A stretch of 64,000 bases of DNA from Candidatus Poribacteria bacterium (GTDB lineage: Bacteria; Poribacteria; WGA-4E; PCPOR2b): positions 1,280,001-1,344,000 of the forward strand of contig OZ244042.1 of the NCBI GenBank assembly GCA_965215015.1, written 5' to 3'. Every line of letters starts with the position of its first letter. The first letter of the stretch is position 1. The translations under genes were made by a program, and so were the position numbers. The notes below the pieces were generated by a model. That model had not been told where the DNA came from. It saw only the letters and a program-made list of their open reading frames with translations, and did no database searches. Positions 9,888 to 19,780 of this stretch are shown here, in pieces.

Positions 9888-12044
9888 TTGGGATTTCTTA
9901 ATCCGATTTTCCTGTTGGGCATACTTGCGGCCGCCGTGCCGCTGATCATTCACCTCTGGAGACGTCATCAAGCGAAAACGGTGGATTTTAGCAGCCTAAT
10001 GTTTCTCTTGGCCGCCCATCGGCAAAATGTTCGGCGCATCCAACTCAAGCACCTGCTAATCTTGCTTTTGCGGGCACTGATCATCATACTCATCGCGCTC
10101 GCACTTGCACGGCCCCTGCTTAAAAATCAATTTGCCTTCGCCGGTGCAAGAACAAAGACCAGCACTGTCATCATTCTGGACAATTCGTACAGTATGGGGT
10201 ATCAGGGGATTCAGGGCAGAAGATTTGATGTCGCAAAAGAGATGGCACTTGAAATTGCTCAATCGCTTCAACGCGGTGACGGTGCCTCTGTAATTTTGAT
10301 GTCTGATATCCCTGATTCGCTTTTCCCCAAATTGACGAAAGACCTGAATCAGGTGAAGGAGGCGATTCGTCATTCCCAGATTTCCTATCGCGCAACGCTC
10401 GTCCCATCTAGCCTCGAAATGGCGCACAACATCCTCGAAGCGTCCAACGATCCAAACAAAGAGATCTACCTAATCTCCGATTTTAATCGCAACGGCTGGG
10501 CGCGCTGGAATCATGTGCCCAACCGATCCGGGGCACGGATTTTTCTACTTCCCCTCAACGATGAGGTTACCGATAATATAAGCATTGAAGAAGTTCAAGC
10601 CTCTAGCCAACTAATTGGTTTGGGGCTGCCCATTGAATTGGGAGTGGCGATCGGTAATCATTCCGATGCACCCTTGGTTGACACAACGTTGACGCTGTTT
10701 ATCGACGAACAGAAACGACGATCCGTCAGTCCTCAAGCAGGAGCGGGTGAGTCGGTGACATGGACTTTTACACACCAATTTGAATCACCCGGCACCCACA
10801 CCGGCTATCTAGAATTAAATGCGGATCGACTACTCCTCGATAATCGTCGTTACTTCGCCCTCGATGCTTATGGCCAAATTCGCGTGCTTTGTGTAGGGGC
10901 GCAAACGATGTACTTGATGCTCGCATTAAACCCAGCAGCTCAGGGACAACCGAGCACGGGCTCTTCCTTTTTGCCGGCAACCGCTTCCCTAGAGGCATTG
11001 GAAGACCTAACGCTAACAGAGTATGACATCCTAATTTTAGGGGACGTGCCGGCATTCTCAACCCGCGTTCAACAGCAATTGCAAGCGTTCATGCAAGCAG
11101 GCAAAAGCGTCATCTACTTTGTGGGGGATGGCGTTGATACAGCAAGTTATAATGCCTTTGCTGATTGGTTGCCTGCAAATGTGGGACAATCGATAACATG
11201 GCAGCCCCCGGTAACCTTGTCAAGTTATCAGGAAGATTCGCCGATTTTTGAAATCTTTAAGGGGGAAGATTTTACAGGACAATACGCCCCACAATTTTAT
11301 CGTGGTTTGGAGGTGCAGCCCGCTGAAGATGCGAGGATTGTTGCACAATTGAGCGATGGTGTGCCTTTTCTTATCGAACGCCCTATTGACCGGGGGATAG
11401 CATTATTATTGAATGTATCCGCCGCTCAGTTGGATGCATCAAATCTACTGGTCAGTTCGCATTTCCTCCCTTTGTTGCAGCAGGCTGTTCTTTACACAAA
11501 GGCGGTTCAATCCGCACATCAAAGGAACCTAATTGTTGGTGAACCTTACGTAGCAAATTACCGTTGGAGGGGGGCAACAACTATGCAGATAACACGCTTG
11601 GGAGATACAACCCATTCATCAGAAACGCTCTCGCCTGCGGAGGATGGTTCGCTCACGTTTAGTGGGACAGAGGCCCCCGGCATCTATCGGGTTGAAGGAC
11701 AGGGTCGGGACACACTCCTGCGAGATTTTTTCGCTGTGAACGTTGATGCAACGGAATCAAATCTACAATCCATCCCCATTCAGGAAGCTGCAGAGCGAGT
11801 CGGGGCACAGACAGAGGTTATTTCAGAACCAGAGTTTTTAGAACAGACACTCAACACCTACCGGGTTGGGGTCGAAATCTGGAGCGAGTTGTTACTCATC
11901 GCCCTTATCTTAATGTTGATTGAGGGGGTTCTATCCAATCGAGAAAGTGTGATTTCCGATGATTCTGCGCCAAGTCCCGACTCGCCGAGGATTCTTGATT
12001 CCGTAAGCATTGGAACGACGCAACAGAATCGGAACCAGACATGA
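9888..12044 (+). CDS. BatA N-terminal / vWA domain membrane protein
   Basis: MGFLNPIFL..PLIIHL..FSSLMFL BatA motif, LARP, MIDAS-like DNSYSM, FAVN, C-terminal TM helix. Confidence 0.88.
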   Translation: MGFLNPIFLLGILAAAVPLIIHLWRRHQAKTVDFSSLMFLLAAHRQNVRRIQLKHLLILLLRALIIILIALALARPLLKNQFAFAGARTKTSTVIILDNSYSMGYQGIQGRRFDVAKEMALEIAQSLQRGDGASVILMSDIPDSLFPKLTKDLNQVKEAIRHSQISYRATLVPSSLEMAHNILEASNDPNKEIYLISDFNRNGWARWNHVPNRSGARIFLLPLNDEVTDNISIEEVQASSQLIGLGLPIELGVAIGNHSDAPLVDTTLTLFIDEQKRRSVSPQAGAGESVTWTFTHQFESPGTHTGYLELNADRLLLDNRRYFALDAYGQIRVLCVGAQTMYLMLALNPAAQGQPSTGSSFLPATASLEALEDLTLTEYDILILGDVPAFSTRVQQQLQAFMQAGKSVIYFVGDGVDTASYNAFADWLPANVGQSITWQPPVTLSSYQEDSPIFEIFKGEDFTGQYAPQFYRGLEVQPAEDARIVAQLSDGVPFLIERPIDRGIALLLNVSAAQLDASNLLVSSHFLPLLQQAVLYTKAVQSAHQRNLIVGEPYVANYRWRGATTMQITRLGDTTHSSETLSPAEDGSLTFSGTEAPGIYRVEGQGRDTLLRDFFAVNVDATESNLQSIPIQEAAERVGAQTEVISEPEFLEQTLNTYRVGVEIWSELLLIALILMLIEGVLSNRESVISDDSAPSPDSPRILDSVSIGTTQQNRNQT

Positions 12045-12270
12045 TTGACATATTCCTCAAGCTGAAGCAAGGAGATTCCTATTAGGAATCCCGGCTTGGT
12101 AATTGTGTAGTCAACGTCACAGCGAGGGTTGTTACACTGCCCATCTTACCATGCCTCTTGCAGTAGACAATGCCCTGCCTACCTGATTCATCTTAATACG
12201 CTTCTCACTGAATCAGCACAGGTATTATACACGAAAATGTATTGGAAATCAAGGCTTTAGCCTTGACAAA
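12045..12270 (-). mobile_element. internally deleted IS200/IS605-family remnant (PATE / omega-RNA-like) with intact promoter
   Basis: Minus strand ends GAATCTCCTTGCTTCAGCTTGAGGAATATGTCAA (IS605-like right-end hairpin + TCAA); opposite end has hairpin TCAAGGC-TAAA-GCCTTGA; no tnpA or tnpB ORF. Confidence 0.6.
12224..12252 (-). promoter_or_regulatory. near-consensus sigma70 promoter inside the IS605-like remnant
   Basis: Minus strand TTGATT, 17 nt, TATAAT. Confidence 0.7.
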
Positions 12271-12465
12271 ACTACGCTAAAGCTGATTGTTAGGCTGTGC
12301 CTAATAATCCCAGCTGTATCCCCTACCACTCTCTGATAAGAGGGGAAAGACAAGGGGAGATCCCCTTTTATCTTTTCCCCCCGATGAGATCGGGATTCAA
12401 AGCAACTTGTCAGGGGAGTTAAGGCTGGGGGGCTTAGCCTTTTGATAATATCTCCCAATCTACCG

Positions 12466-14232
12466 ATGAAATGTCTTTGCCCCCTCGTCCTTATTTTCTT
12501 AATTCTTCTTCCCCAGGCATTACCTGCCGATTCGCTTCCAATTCGCAATATTATTGTAACTGGAAATGAAGCGTTCTCTAGCGAGGAGATTCTCGGCTTG
12601 ATGCAGTCACAGGTCGGCGGTGATTACAATCCAGACCTGCTTCGCCGGGACTTTGAGCAGATCGCCAGTTTCTACCAAGAGCATGGGTTTCAATTTGCTC
12701 GAGTTGATGAGGAGCAGCTTGTACTCCTAAAATTTTCTGATGGTGTTTATCTCAGAATCTACATTGATGAGGGGATAATTGGAAAAATCACAGTGCGAGG
12801 AAATCAGCGTACCAAAGATCATGTAATCACGCAAGAGCTGCTTTTTGAACAGGGCGATGTTTACATACAGGACGATGAACTGGAAAGTGAACGTATCCTG
12901 CGCCGAAAGCCGTATTTGGGCAGCGCAGAGATTCTGGCAACGCGGGACACGAAAACCAATCTTATTTTTATAGAGGTTGAGGTCACAGATTTATGGAGTT
13001 TTTTCCCTGCATTGGATATCCCTGTTTTTAGTAAAGATAAGACCGGTTTTTTAGTTGCGCTGTCCGATTCAAATGTATTTGGCTCTGGAGACAGGGGGCG
13101 CCTCCGCTACCAACAGACTCGCGAAGAAGGAGAAGAGCCACGGCACCTTATCAGTGGACTCTATAGAGTATTTCGCTTGTTTGATTCGCATTGGGAATTT
13201 GATGGCGTGTACACTCAAAAGCGGGAAGGCATCTCATGGGATGCGAGTCTAAAACGCCCCTTGTACTCGCTCCAGACCCGCTGGAGTGCAGAGTTTACCG
13301 CCTCTGAATCTGTGGATGAACGTCGTTGGTATGAACAGGGTGTGAAAACAGCTGTCTTTGAGCGAAGCAGCCAATCGGAGTCCGGGCGGATTATCCGTTC
13401 CTTTGGCAACCGTCATCGGCAGACACAGATGGCACTCTGGATGATCTCTGAACGCGCTTCTTTCAAGGAAATTGAGAAGTTACCCTCTTCCGCTGCGAAC
13501 TTTCAGGACAGAAACACAAAGATGATTGGGATTTCGCTCGGTCACAGAAAAGTCAACTTTATCCGCACCCGCTTTCTCAATAAAATGGGACGGGTTGAAG
13601 ATATTGGCGTCGGATATGGATACGGCGTATCAATTGGTCGCGCGTCCCCATTTTACGGCTCAGATCGCAGAGAAACAAGGGTGAGCTTGTTTCTCAACGC
13701 CTCCCAAGCGTATCGAGATCTGCTTTTTGTCAACGGTCGTGCCGGGGTTACAACCCGTTTTGTTGCACATGAAGAGGAAGATTCGGTGTTTGAGGCGAGC
13801 ATCAAAGCAGTACGCAAGAATCTCTTTCTGCGGCAAACCCTTGCCGCACGGCTTTCTACGGAGATTCAGTTTGGACTGGAGGGAGAACAGCAAGTCCTCC
13901 TCGGTGGGAACAGTGGACTGCGTGGATATGACCCCCGGCAATTCAGTGGCACCAAAAACATCCGCCTCAACCTCGAAAGCCGAACGATTTTCTGGGAACA
14001 CTCGCTGATTGTGGTTGGATCCGCAATCTTTGCTGATATCGGTTATATCTGGGAGGGGAATGCCTTCGATATAAGAACACCCATACGGAGTGTTGGATTT
14101 GGGTTGCGGTTGGGTTTCCCCAAACTGAGTGGATCTCGAGTCTACCGTGCTGATTTAGCTTACCCGTTAGATGGATTTGAAAAACCCTCGCTCAGCCCCG
14201 TTTTCACCTATGCAATCGGGCACGCCTTTTAA
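12466..14232 (+). CDS. Omp85/BamA-TamA family outer-membrane protein with POTRA domains
   Basis: Signal peptide; POTRA motifs (IIVTGNEAFS, ITVRGNQRTKDHVI); LLGG..GLRGY; C-terminal IGHAF. Confidence 0.9.
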   Translation: MKCLCPLVLIFLILLPQALPADSLPIRNIIVTGNEAFSSEEILGLMQSQVGGDYNPDLLRRDFEQIASFYQEHGFQFARVDEEQLVLLKFSDGVYLRIYIDEGIIGKITVRGNQRTKDHVITQELLFEQGDVYIQDDELESERILRRKPYLGSAEILATRDTKTNLIFIEVEVTDLWSFFPALDIPVFSKDKTGFLVALSDSNVFGSGDRGRLRYQQTREEGEEPRHLISGLYRVFRLFDSHWEFDGVYTQKREGISWDASLKRPLYSLQTRWSAEFTASESVDERRWYEQGVKTAVFERSSQSESGRIIRSFGNRHRQTQMALWMISERASFKEIEKLPSSAANFQDRNTKMIGISLGHRKVNFIRTRFLNKMGRVEDIGVGYGYGVSIGRASPFYGSDRRETRVSLFLNASQAYRDLLFVNGRAGVTTRFVAHEEEDSVFEASIKAVRKNLFLRQTLAARLSTEIQFGLEGEQQVLLGGNSGLRGYDPRQFSGTKNIRLNLESRTIFWEHSLIVVGSAIFADIGYIWEGNAFDIRTPIRSVGFGLRLGFPKLSGSRVYRADLAYPLDGFEKPSLSPVFTYAIGHAF

Positions 14233-14288
14233 GTGATTCGCAGACAGGGACATAGTGCTGCCTTTGCTGATGGAGAATCCGATATAAA

Positions 14289-14632
14289 AATCTGCCGATT
14301 CGCAGTATATTGGTGCAAAGAGTCTGCCAGATCGCAAAATATCCACGTTTAGTTATTTCTTTTATTTGTGCACCAACGCGCTTATCCAGTAGGCGCAAGA
14401 CTTCCTTTATATCTTGTACCGTAAGTTGTTCGGTGGTTGAAACAAAAGGAAGGAACAAAGGGGAATAGAGAATATCGTGTAGAATAGAAATAACCCGAAT
14501 TGCCCTCTTAAGAGGAAAGGGTCAGAAACCAATTTTTAGGACCAAGCGACATGATTGGGTTGGAAATCCGCCCGATTTCCCCTCAGTGTTCAGGGCAAAC
14601 ATCAAAGCGGTACACAAGAATCTCTTTCTCCG
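14289..14632 (+). pseudogene. fragments of a decayed tandem paralog of the upstream Omp85 gene
   Basis: 14586-14632 VFRANIKAVHKNLFLR vs VFEASIKAVRKNLFLR at ~13786; ~14289 NLPIRSILV vs SLPIRNIIV at ~12530. Confidence 0.6.
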
Positions 14633-14679
14633 TTTGGACTATCCACAGATGTTCTTCCTTGTGTTTGGCAATGACCCCG

Positions 14680-15684
14680 CTACTGCTCTGAGCGTCCCAA
14701 TACGGGATACATGGGATCGTTATAACCTTTTCCAGTATGCTCGCCGGGCGGTACGAGCTGATCTACCGCCGCTTCGTCCTCCGAGCTAATGGCGCAGTCG
14801 AGACAACCGAGGTTGTCTTCAAGTTGCTCTAAATTTTTAGGACCAATAATTACTGAAGTGATACGTGGATTAGCGAGGGTCCAGGCTAAGGCGAATTGTG
14901 CCAGCGTTTTACCGTGTGCCGCTGCCAACGGTTGAAGTTTTTGTGCGACTTCGTAGCTTTCTTTACGCAGTTCAGTTTGCAGAATCCGACGGTCTTGGCG
15001 TGCCGCCCGTGAACCGGGGGGTGGCGGTTGTCCGGGAAGATATTTTCCCGTTAGCACGCCACGCGCCAAGGGGCTATAGGACACAATTCCCACATTATAA
15101 GCTTTGCAAAACGGCAGCAATTCAACTTCAATATCCCGATTAACGATGTTGTAGAGCGGTTGTAGACAGACAAATTTTTCCAAATTCATGCGATCGCTCG
15201 TCCACCACGCTTCGCAGAGCCGCCAAGCATCGAAGTTGGAACAACCGATGTAACGGACTTTGCCTTGCCTGACACAATCATCCAACGCGCGAAGCGACTC
15301 TTCAATCGGTGTCAGCGCGTTCCAGCGATGCAGGTAGTACAGATCGATACGATCTGTATCAAGTCGTCTGAGACTGTTCTCCACCTCCATCATGATATGG
15401 TGGCGGCTCGTACCGGATCGGTTAAGTCCTTCCCCCATTGCTCCACTCACCTTTGTTGCGATAAGCACATCATCACGAAAGGTTTGGACCGCTTTGCCAA
15501 CAATGCGTTCCGATTCTCCTGCATTGTAGACATTCGCCGTATCGATAAAATTTATACCGGCATCTATTGCGCGTTCGATAATCTTGATTGAATCACTCTC
15601 ATTCGTTGGGCTGCCAAACATCATTGCTCCAAGACAAATTCGTGAGACTTGGACACCAGAATTGCCAAGAACACTGTATTCCAT
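14680..15684 (-). CDS. aldo/keto reductase
   Basis: GINFIDTANVY, IATKV, SLRRLDTDRIDLYYLH, GKVRYIGCSN, YSPLARGVLTGKY. Confidence 0.95.
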   Translation of the reverse strand: MEYSVLGNSGVQVSRICLGAMMFGSPTNESDSIKIIERAIDAGINFIDTANVYNAGESERIVGKAVQTFRDDVLIATKVSGAMGEGLNRSGTSRHHIMMEVENSLRRLDTDRIDLYYLHRWNALTPIEESLRALDDCVRQGKVRYIGCSNFDAWRLCEAWWTSDRMNLEKFVCLQPLYNIVNRDIEVELLPFCKAYNVGIVSYSPLARGVLTGKYLPGQPPPPGSRAARQDRRILQTELRKESYEVAQKLQPLAAAHGKTLAQFALAWTLANPRITSVIIGPKNLEQLEDNLGCLDCAISSEDEAAVDQLVPPGEHTGKGYNDPMYPVLGRSEQ

Positions 15685-15709
15685 TGATTGATACTCCTCA
15701 TCTATAAAT

Positions 15710-16125
15710 TATCAAAAATCCTTTAGGGGTGTTACCCTAACATAAATGTTTGGGAGAACACTAATGTTAGTAGTAGCGCAATTCATTGCGCGTCTTATCC
15801 CTCGAACATAAATGTTTGGGGGAACACCCCTGCTTTCACATCGGTGTTTCTTACTTTCAAAAACGTTTGGGTGTATAAGTAACCTATAGCTATATCTCCT
15901 GCCAAGAATGGTCCTCAGGGGTAAAAACCTTGGCGATTTTCCCATACTGCGACGGCAGTGTGTTGCAGGAAATATAGCTGTCCGAAGGGGTTGCGATAAA
16001 TCGGGCCCCGTGGGCAGGGCGTTGCCCATTGCAGTAGCGGTTGGCAGACTGGCCTCGGCTCGCTATCCGTGTTGATAGCACAATTCCACACCTAAAGGAA
16101 CAGGTATGAATCCCAATTCTTTAAA
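15710..16125 (-). repeat. composite intergenic repeat, copy A (inverted relative to 19781-20098)
   Basis: Shares GAATTGTGCTATCAACAC.GATAGCGAGCCGA and other blocks with copy B; contains inverted-repeat-bounded cassette 15725-15831 with the GTAG-REP-like palindrome GTAGCGCAATTCATTGCGC. Confidence 0.9.
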
Positions 16126-16243
16126 TGGATGTCGGAGGAGGTCAAAAGTACAGGTTAGGAGACTCGAAACCGATACCCTGTGCATTTTAGCACATAGGCG
16201 GATTGAGCGCAAACGAAAAGGGACAGTGCAACGGCAATCCCTC

Positions 16244-17131
16244 TCAATTCTTGGATGTGGCACACCGGAAGCCGATATGGTAATATGCGCCTGATAGGGC
16301 GTAAGCGCGCGCGGCGCAGCGCAGATCGAATATCGGATCAAACCAACTCCCGCCACGAACAGCAAACGGCCCCTTTGCAGGAAGCGTGCGTTGGTTCACA
16401 TCATGTTCCGATTCCGTTGCGTCGTTCCGACGCTTGCGGAATCGAGAATCCTCGTCCCGTCGAGATCTGCGGTAATGCGGTAGGTATCTATCTGTGCACC
16501 ATTCCGCCACGTTGCCTCCCATGTTGTAGAGCATGTAGCCGTTTGGTGGAAAATGGTCAATAGGTTTCAGGTATCGCTGCATGTTTTTCAACCCACCGGT
16601 ACGTATATCCCTCGAATCGTAGTTCGCCGCGTTTGGGTCAACCTGATTGCCCCACGGATAGAGCTGCCCGAGCTGCCCGCCTCGTGCTGCTTTCTCCCAT
16701 TCCGCTTCCGCCGGCAAACGTTTCCCGCGCCATTCGCAATACGCTTGTGCTGCCTCATGGGTGACATACGCCACGGGATACCGATCCATGCCAACAGGAA
16801 ATTCGTTTCCAATCCAATGCCTGAGATAATGCCGTGCCTTGATGGTTGACTTTTGCCAGCGGGGATTTGCCAAGACAAACGCTCGATATTCCGCGTTGGT
16901 TGTTTCATACTTGTCGATATAGAATGCTTCCAACAAAACTTGATGCACAGGTGTTTCATTAGGTCTGCCGTTATCGCTTCCCATCTGAAACGATCCGGCG
17001 AGGATAAGCACCATCTCCGACGATGTGATTGCTTGAGGGTATCCAGTCGCCCCAACGAATAGTAGAGCGTGAAGCGTGAAACGTGAAATGTGAGGCATCA
17101 AGCTACATAGATGGTAACGCATAACTACCAT
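16244..17131 (-). CDS. FGE-sulfatase (SUMF1/EgtB/PvdO-like) domain protein; start uncertain
   Basis: FQMGS, ETTNAEY, PVAYVT, GKRLPAEAEWEKAARGG, YPWG, MGGNVAEW, RGGSW, IGFRC. Confidence 0.9.
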   Translation of the reverse strand: MVVMRYHLCSLMPHISRFTLHALLFVGATGYPQAITSSEMVLILAGSFQMGSDNGRPNETPVHQVLLEAFYIDKYETTNAEYRAFVLANPRWQKSTIKARHYLRHWIGNEFPVGMDRYPVAYVTHEAAQAYCEWRGKRLPAEAEWEKAARGGQLGQLYPWGNQVDPNAANYDSRDIRTGGLKNMQRYLKPIDHFPPNGYMLYNMGGNVAEWCTDRYLPHYRRSRRDEDSRFRKRRNDATESEHDVNQRTLPAKGPFAVRGGSWFDPIFDLRCAARAYALSGAYYHIGFRCATSKN

Positions 17132-17152
17132 TCCTTATGATTTCTTCTATGT

Positions 17153-17542
17153 CTATTCCGCTACAACTACTTCTGCTTCGATTTCAACCAACATCTCTGA
17201 TTCAATCAAGCGGCTGACCTGGACCATACTGGTAGCAGGACAGATTTCGCCGAAGAACTCACCGTGTTCTACCTCAACCTTCTCCCAATCGTTAATGTTC
17301 TTCACATAGATGCGTGTGCGAACGACATCTTTCAGACTGCTACCCGCGGATCTGAGCGCAGTTTCTATATTGTTTGTGATCTGCACCGTCTGTCTATAGG
17401 CATCCCCCACACCGACAATTTCGCCATCTTTATCCGTTGCTGTCGCTCCCGAAACGTGGATATATTGTCCTAGCCGAACAGCCCACGAGTCGCCGACAAT
17501 TGATTCTCATTTTGCTCCTGTTGGGATATTTTGTCTTGCCAT
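17153..17542 (-). pseudogene. RidA/YjgF family pseudogene
   Basis: ATG 17542 MARQNIPTGAK*ESIVG...VSG...DVVRTRIYV...LVEIEAE; in-frame TGA at 17507-17509 where Trp is expected; RPA motif reads CPA. Confidence 0.85.
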
Positions 17543-17832
17543 TGCTATTTGAGTTTTTGAGAAGGATGCGTACCCTACAAAGTGCCCAAACAGAGCACTT
17601 TTGCTTGTAAATCGTGCCTTTGATTCAGTCTAACATACCGCCTGATTTTTATCAAGAATTGTACGATTCATTAGTGCCCTTCTGTTCACTGGGACGTTTC
17701 CATGATTCGCTACTTTGGAATTGACCCAACTCGAAAAATCTGATAAGCTGTCCCTAACAGGTTTTGCTGGAATGTCAAATCCATGATATAAAATCTCACT
17801 AGAATCTCCAGCGTACAGAAAAGAGGAAAGCA

Positions 17833-19044
17833 ATGGACAAAACACATAAGGTTACGATGTTAGGGACGGGGCTCATCGGTATGTTCTACACAATGACACT
17901 CCACGGGCAACGGAGTCGCGACCACGTTCATGTGGTATACTCACGCACTGAAGAGCGGGCGAAAGATTTTGCAACCGAATGGGACATCCCCAGATGGACG
18001 ACCGACCTCGCTGAAGCGATTAACGATTCGGAAACCGATGTAGTTATCATCGGTCTTCCCAACAACCTGCATGAAGAAGCTGTTGTGATGGCTGCCGAGG
18101 CGGGCAAAGCCATCCTGTGTACGAAACCGTTAGGACGCAACGCAGCTGAAGCCAAAAGGATGCTCGATGTGGTTGAAAATGCGGGGGTCTTTCACGGTTA
18201 TCTTGAGGATTTGGTCTATCCACCGAAGACGCTCAAATCGATTGAATCTGTCAAGAACGGCGCGATTGGGAAGGTTTTGTGGGTTCGTTCCCGCGAAACC
18301 CATCCGGGCCCTCACAGCGACTGGTTCTGGGATATTGAGCAGGCAGGCGGCGGGGCCATCGTTGACATGGGATGCCACTGTATTGAGATTATCCGTAACT
18401 TTGTTGGCAAAGAGGTCAAACCCCTTGAGGTCATGTGTTGGGCGGATACCCTCGTTCATCCTGTTGAAGCGGAAGACCACGGGATTGCCCTGATCAAATT
18501 TGAAAACGGGGCAATGGGGCAGTTTGAGGTGGGATGGGCATTTCGGGGCGGTATGGATATACGCGATGAAATCTCAGGCACCGAAGGCACCATCTGGCTC
18601 AACCACTGGTTGAGAACGGGTATGGAGATGTTTACATCGGGCGGACAGGGCGGCTACGTTGCTGAAAAAGCCGAAACTGATACAGGATGGCTTTTTCCTG
18701 TTGGCGACGAAGTCGGGGAACTTGGATATCGTGATATGTTCGTTGAAATACTCAACGCTTTAGATAACGGTACGGAGCCAATGGAAACTTTTTATGATGG
18801 ATACGTCGTCAACGCTATTATTGATGCCTGTTATCGGTCTGCCAAATCAAAACAGTGGGAGCCGGTGGAATTGGAAGTATGGCGTGGAGCAACTAGGGTC
18901 GAGCAAATCGGTGTTGCAGCTGTTGAAGTTGACGGGCAATATACACTGATTAAGGAAGAGCGAATGCCTGACGGCCGTTTGAAACAAATCCTCAGAGATC
19001 AAGAGAGCGGTGCAATCACTGAGAGGATTACGGCGGGCACATAG
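17833..19044 (+). CDS. Gfo/Idh/MocA family oxidoreductase
   Basis: [25 protein letters not shown]; AGAGGA RBS. Confidence 0.93.
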   Translation: MDKTHKVTMLGTGLIGMFYTMTLHGQRSRDHVHVVYSRTEERAKDFATEWDIPRWTTDLAEAINDSETDVVIIGLPNNLHEEAVVMAAEAGKAILCTKPLGRNAAEAKRMLDVVENAGVFHGYLEDLVYPPKTLKSIESVKNGAIGKVLWVRSRETHPGPHSDWFWDIEQAGGGAIVDMGCHCIEIIRNFVGKEVKPLEVMCWADTLVHPVEAEDHGIALIKFENGAMGQFEVGWAFRGGMDIRDEISGTEGTIWLNHWLRTGMEMFTSGGQGGYVAEKAETDTGWLFPVGDEVGELGYRDMFVEILNALDNGTEPMETFYDGYVVNAIIDACYRSAKSKQWEPVELEVWRGATRVEQIGVAAVEVDGQYTLIKEERMPDGRLKQILRDQESGAITERITAGT

Positions 19045-19097
19045 AAGCGTAAGTCTCCATTAGCTTATGTGTGTTTTTTTTATTTGTTAAAATATGC

Positions 19098-19126
19098 TTG
19101 ACTTTCGTTACTTTATGGGGTATACT
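19098..19126 (+). promoter_or_regulatory. sigma70 promoter with no downstream same-strand gene
   Basis: TTGACT, 17 nt, TATACT. Confidence 0.7.
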
Positions 19127-19132
19127 AGAACC

Positions 19133-19268
19133 TGTTGGTGAGCAATTATTGGATTGCTTACGGTTTTTCGTCTTGCTCTCAATATCTTTGAAATAGACGT
19201 CAACCGGCGTTTTCTTTTTTAACGTCAGTATTGCCAGACCGCTTCCCTCACGGTCTGGCATTTTTTTT
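19133..19268 (+). ncRNA. candidate small RNA (~135 nt)
   Basis: Bounded by the promoter and an intrinsic terminator; internal hairpins GTGAGCAAT/ATTGCTTAC and GACGT/ACGTC. Confidence 0.5.
19232..19268 (+). terminator. Rho-independent terminator
   Basis: TGCCAGACCG-loop-CGGTCTGGCA followed by T8. Confidence 0.9.
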
Positions 19269-19327
19269 CCTCATATCAAAAGTAAGTGGGCTTAGAGAAT
19301 GTTCGGGATTGTTCTGCTCCCTGATGT

Positions 19328-19765
19328 TCACGACTCGTTTTCAGTTGTTACTATTTTTCCCGCGTGTTCGATCATCTCACGTAACACATCCAGATTAATA
19401 TCTGCCCGGTTACGAAAACTAATAGAACTTTTTCCAATCTTGACTTTGCCGAGCTGGGGCCCGTAGAGTTCAGCAAGATAACGTTCCGCTTCGACTGCAT
19501 TGACATACACACTGAAATAATTTTTCTGCCGGGTCAACCCAACGATGAACCATTCGACTGGTTTCTTATCGGCACGCAGGTAGGAATAATTGCCATAGCC
19601 GATGATTTGCTGTTTGCTGCCGCCCCAGAAAACACCTTCCCACATACAGCAACCCCGGTCTGGTAGTGCTGCCCGGATCAACATGTGAAGTTCTTCCAAA
19701 ACCGTCCGAATATCTGATGCTTGGCTTGCGATGTAATCATCAGGCGAAGATTCTACTCGTTTCAT
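19328..19765 (-). CDS. DUF1801 (YdhG-like) domain protein
   Basis: IIGYGNYSY, WFIVGL..QKNYFSVY, LGKVKIGKSSISF. Confidence 0.8.
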   Translation of the reverse strand: MKRVESSPDDYIASQASDIRTVLEELHMLIRAALPDRGCCMWEGVFWGGSKQQIIGYGNYSYLRADKKPVEWFIVGLTRQKNYFSVYVNAVEAERYLAELYGPQLGKVKIGKSSISFRNRADINLDVLREMIEHAGKIVTTENES

Positions 19766-19780
19766 CTTATACTTTATCTC

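Noticed and set aside
15725-15831. GTGTTCCCC-like ends resembling a type I-E CRISPR repeat
   Set aside because: The units are inverted rather than a regular direct array, the interior is nearly the same in both copies, and no cas genes are present
17507-17509. In-frame TGA in the RidA gene as selenocysteine or Trp recoding
   Set aside because: It falls at a Trp position, other conserved residues are also mutated, and TGA is a normal stop for many genes here
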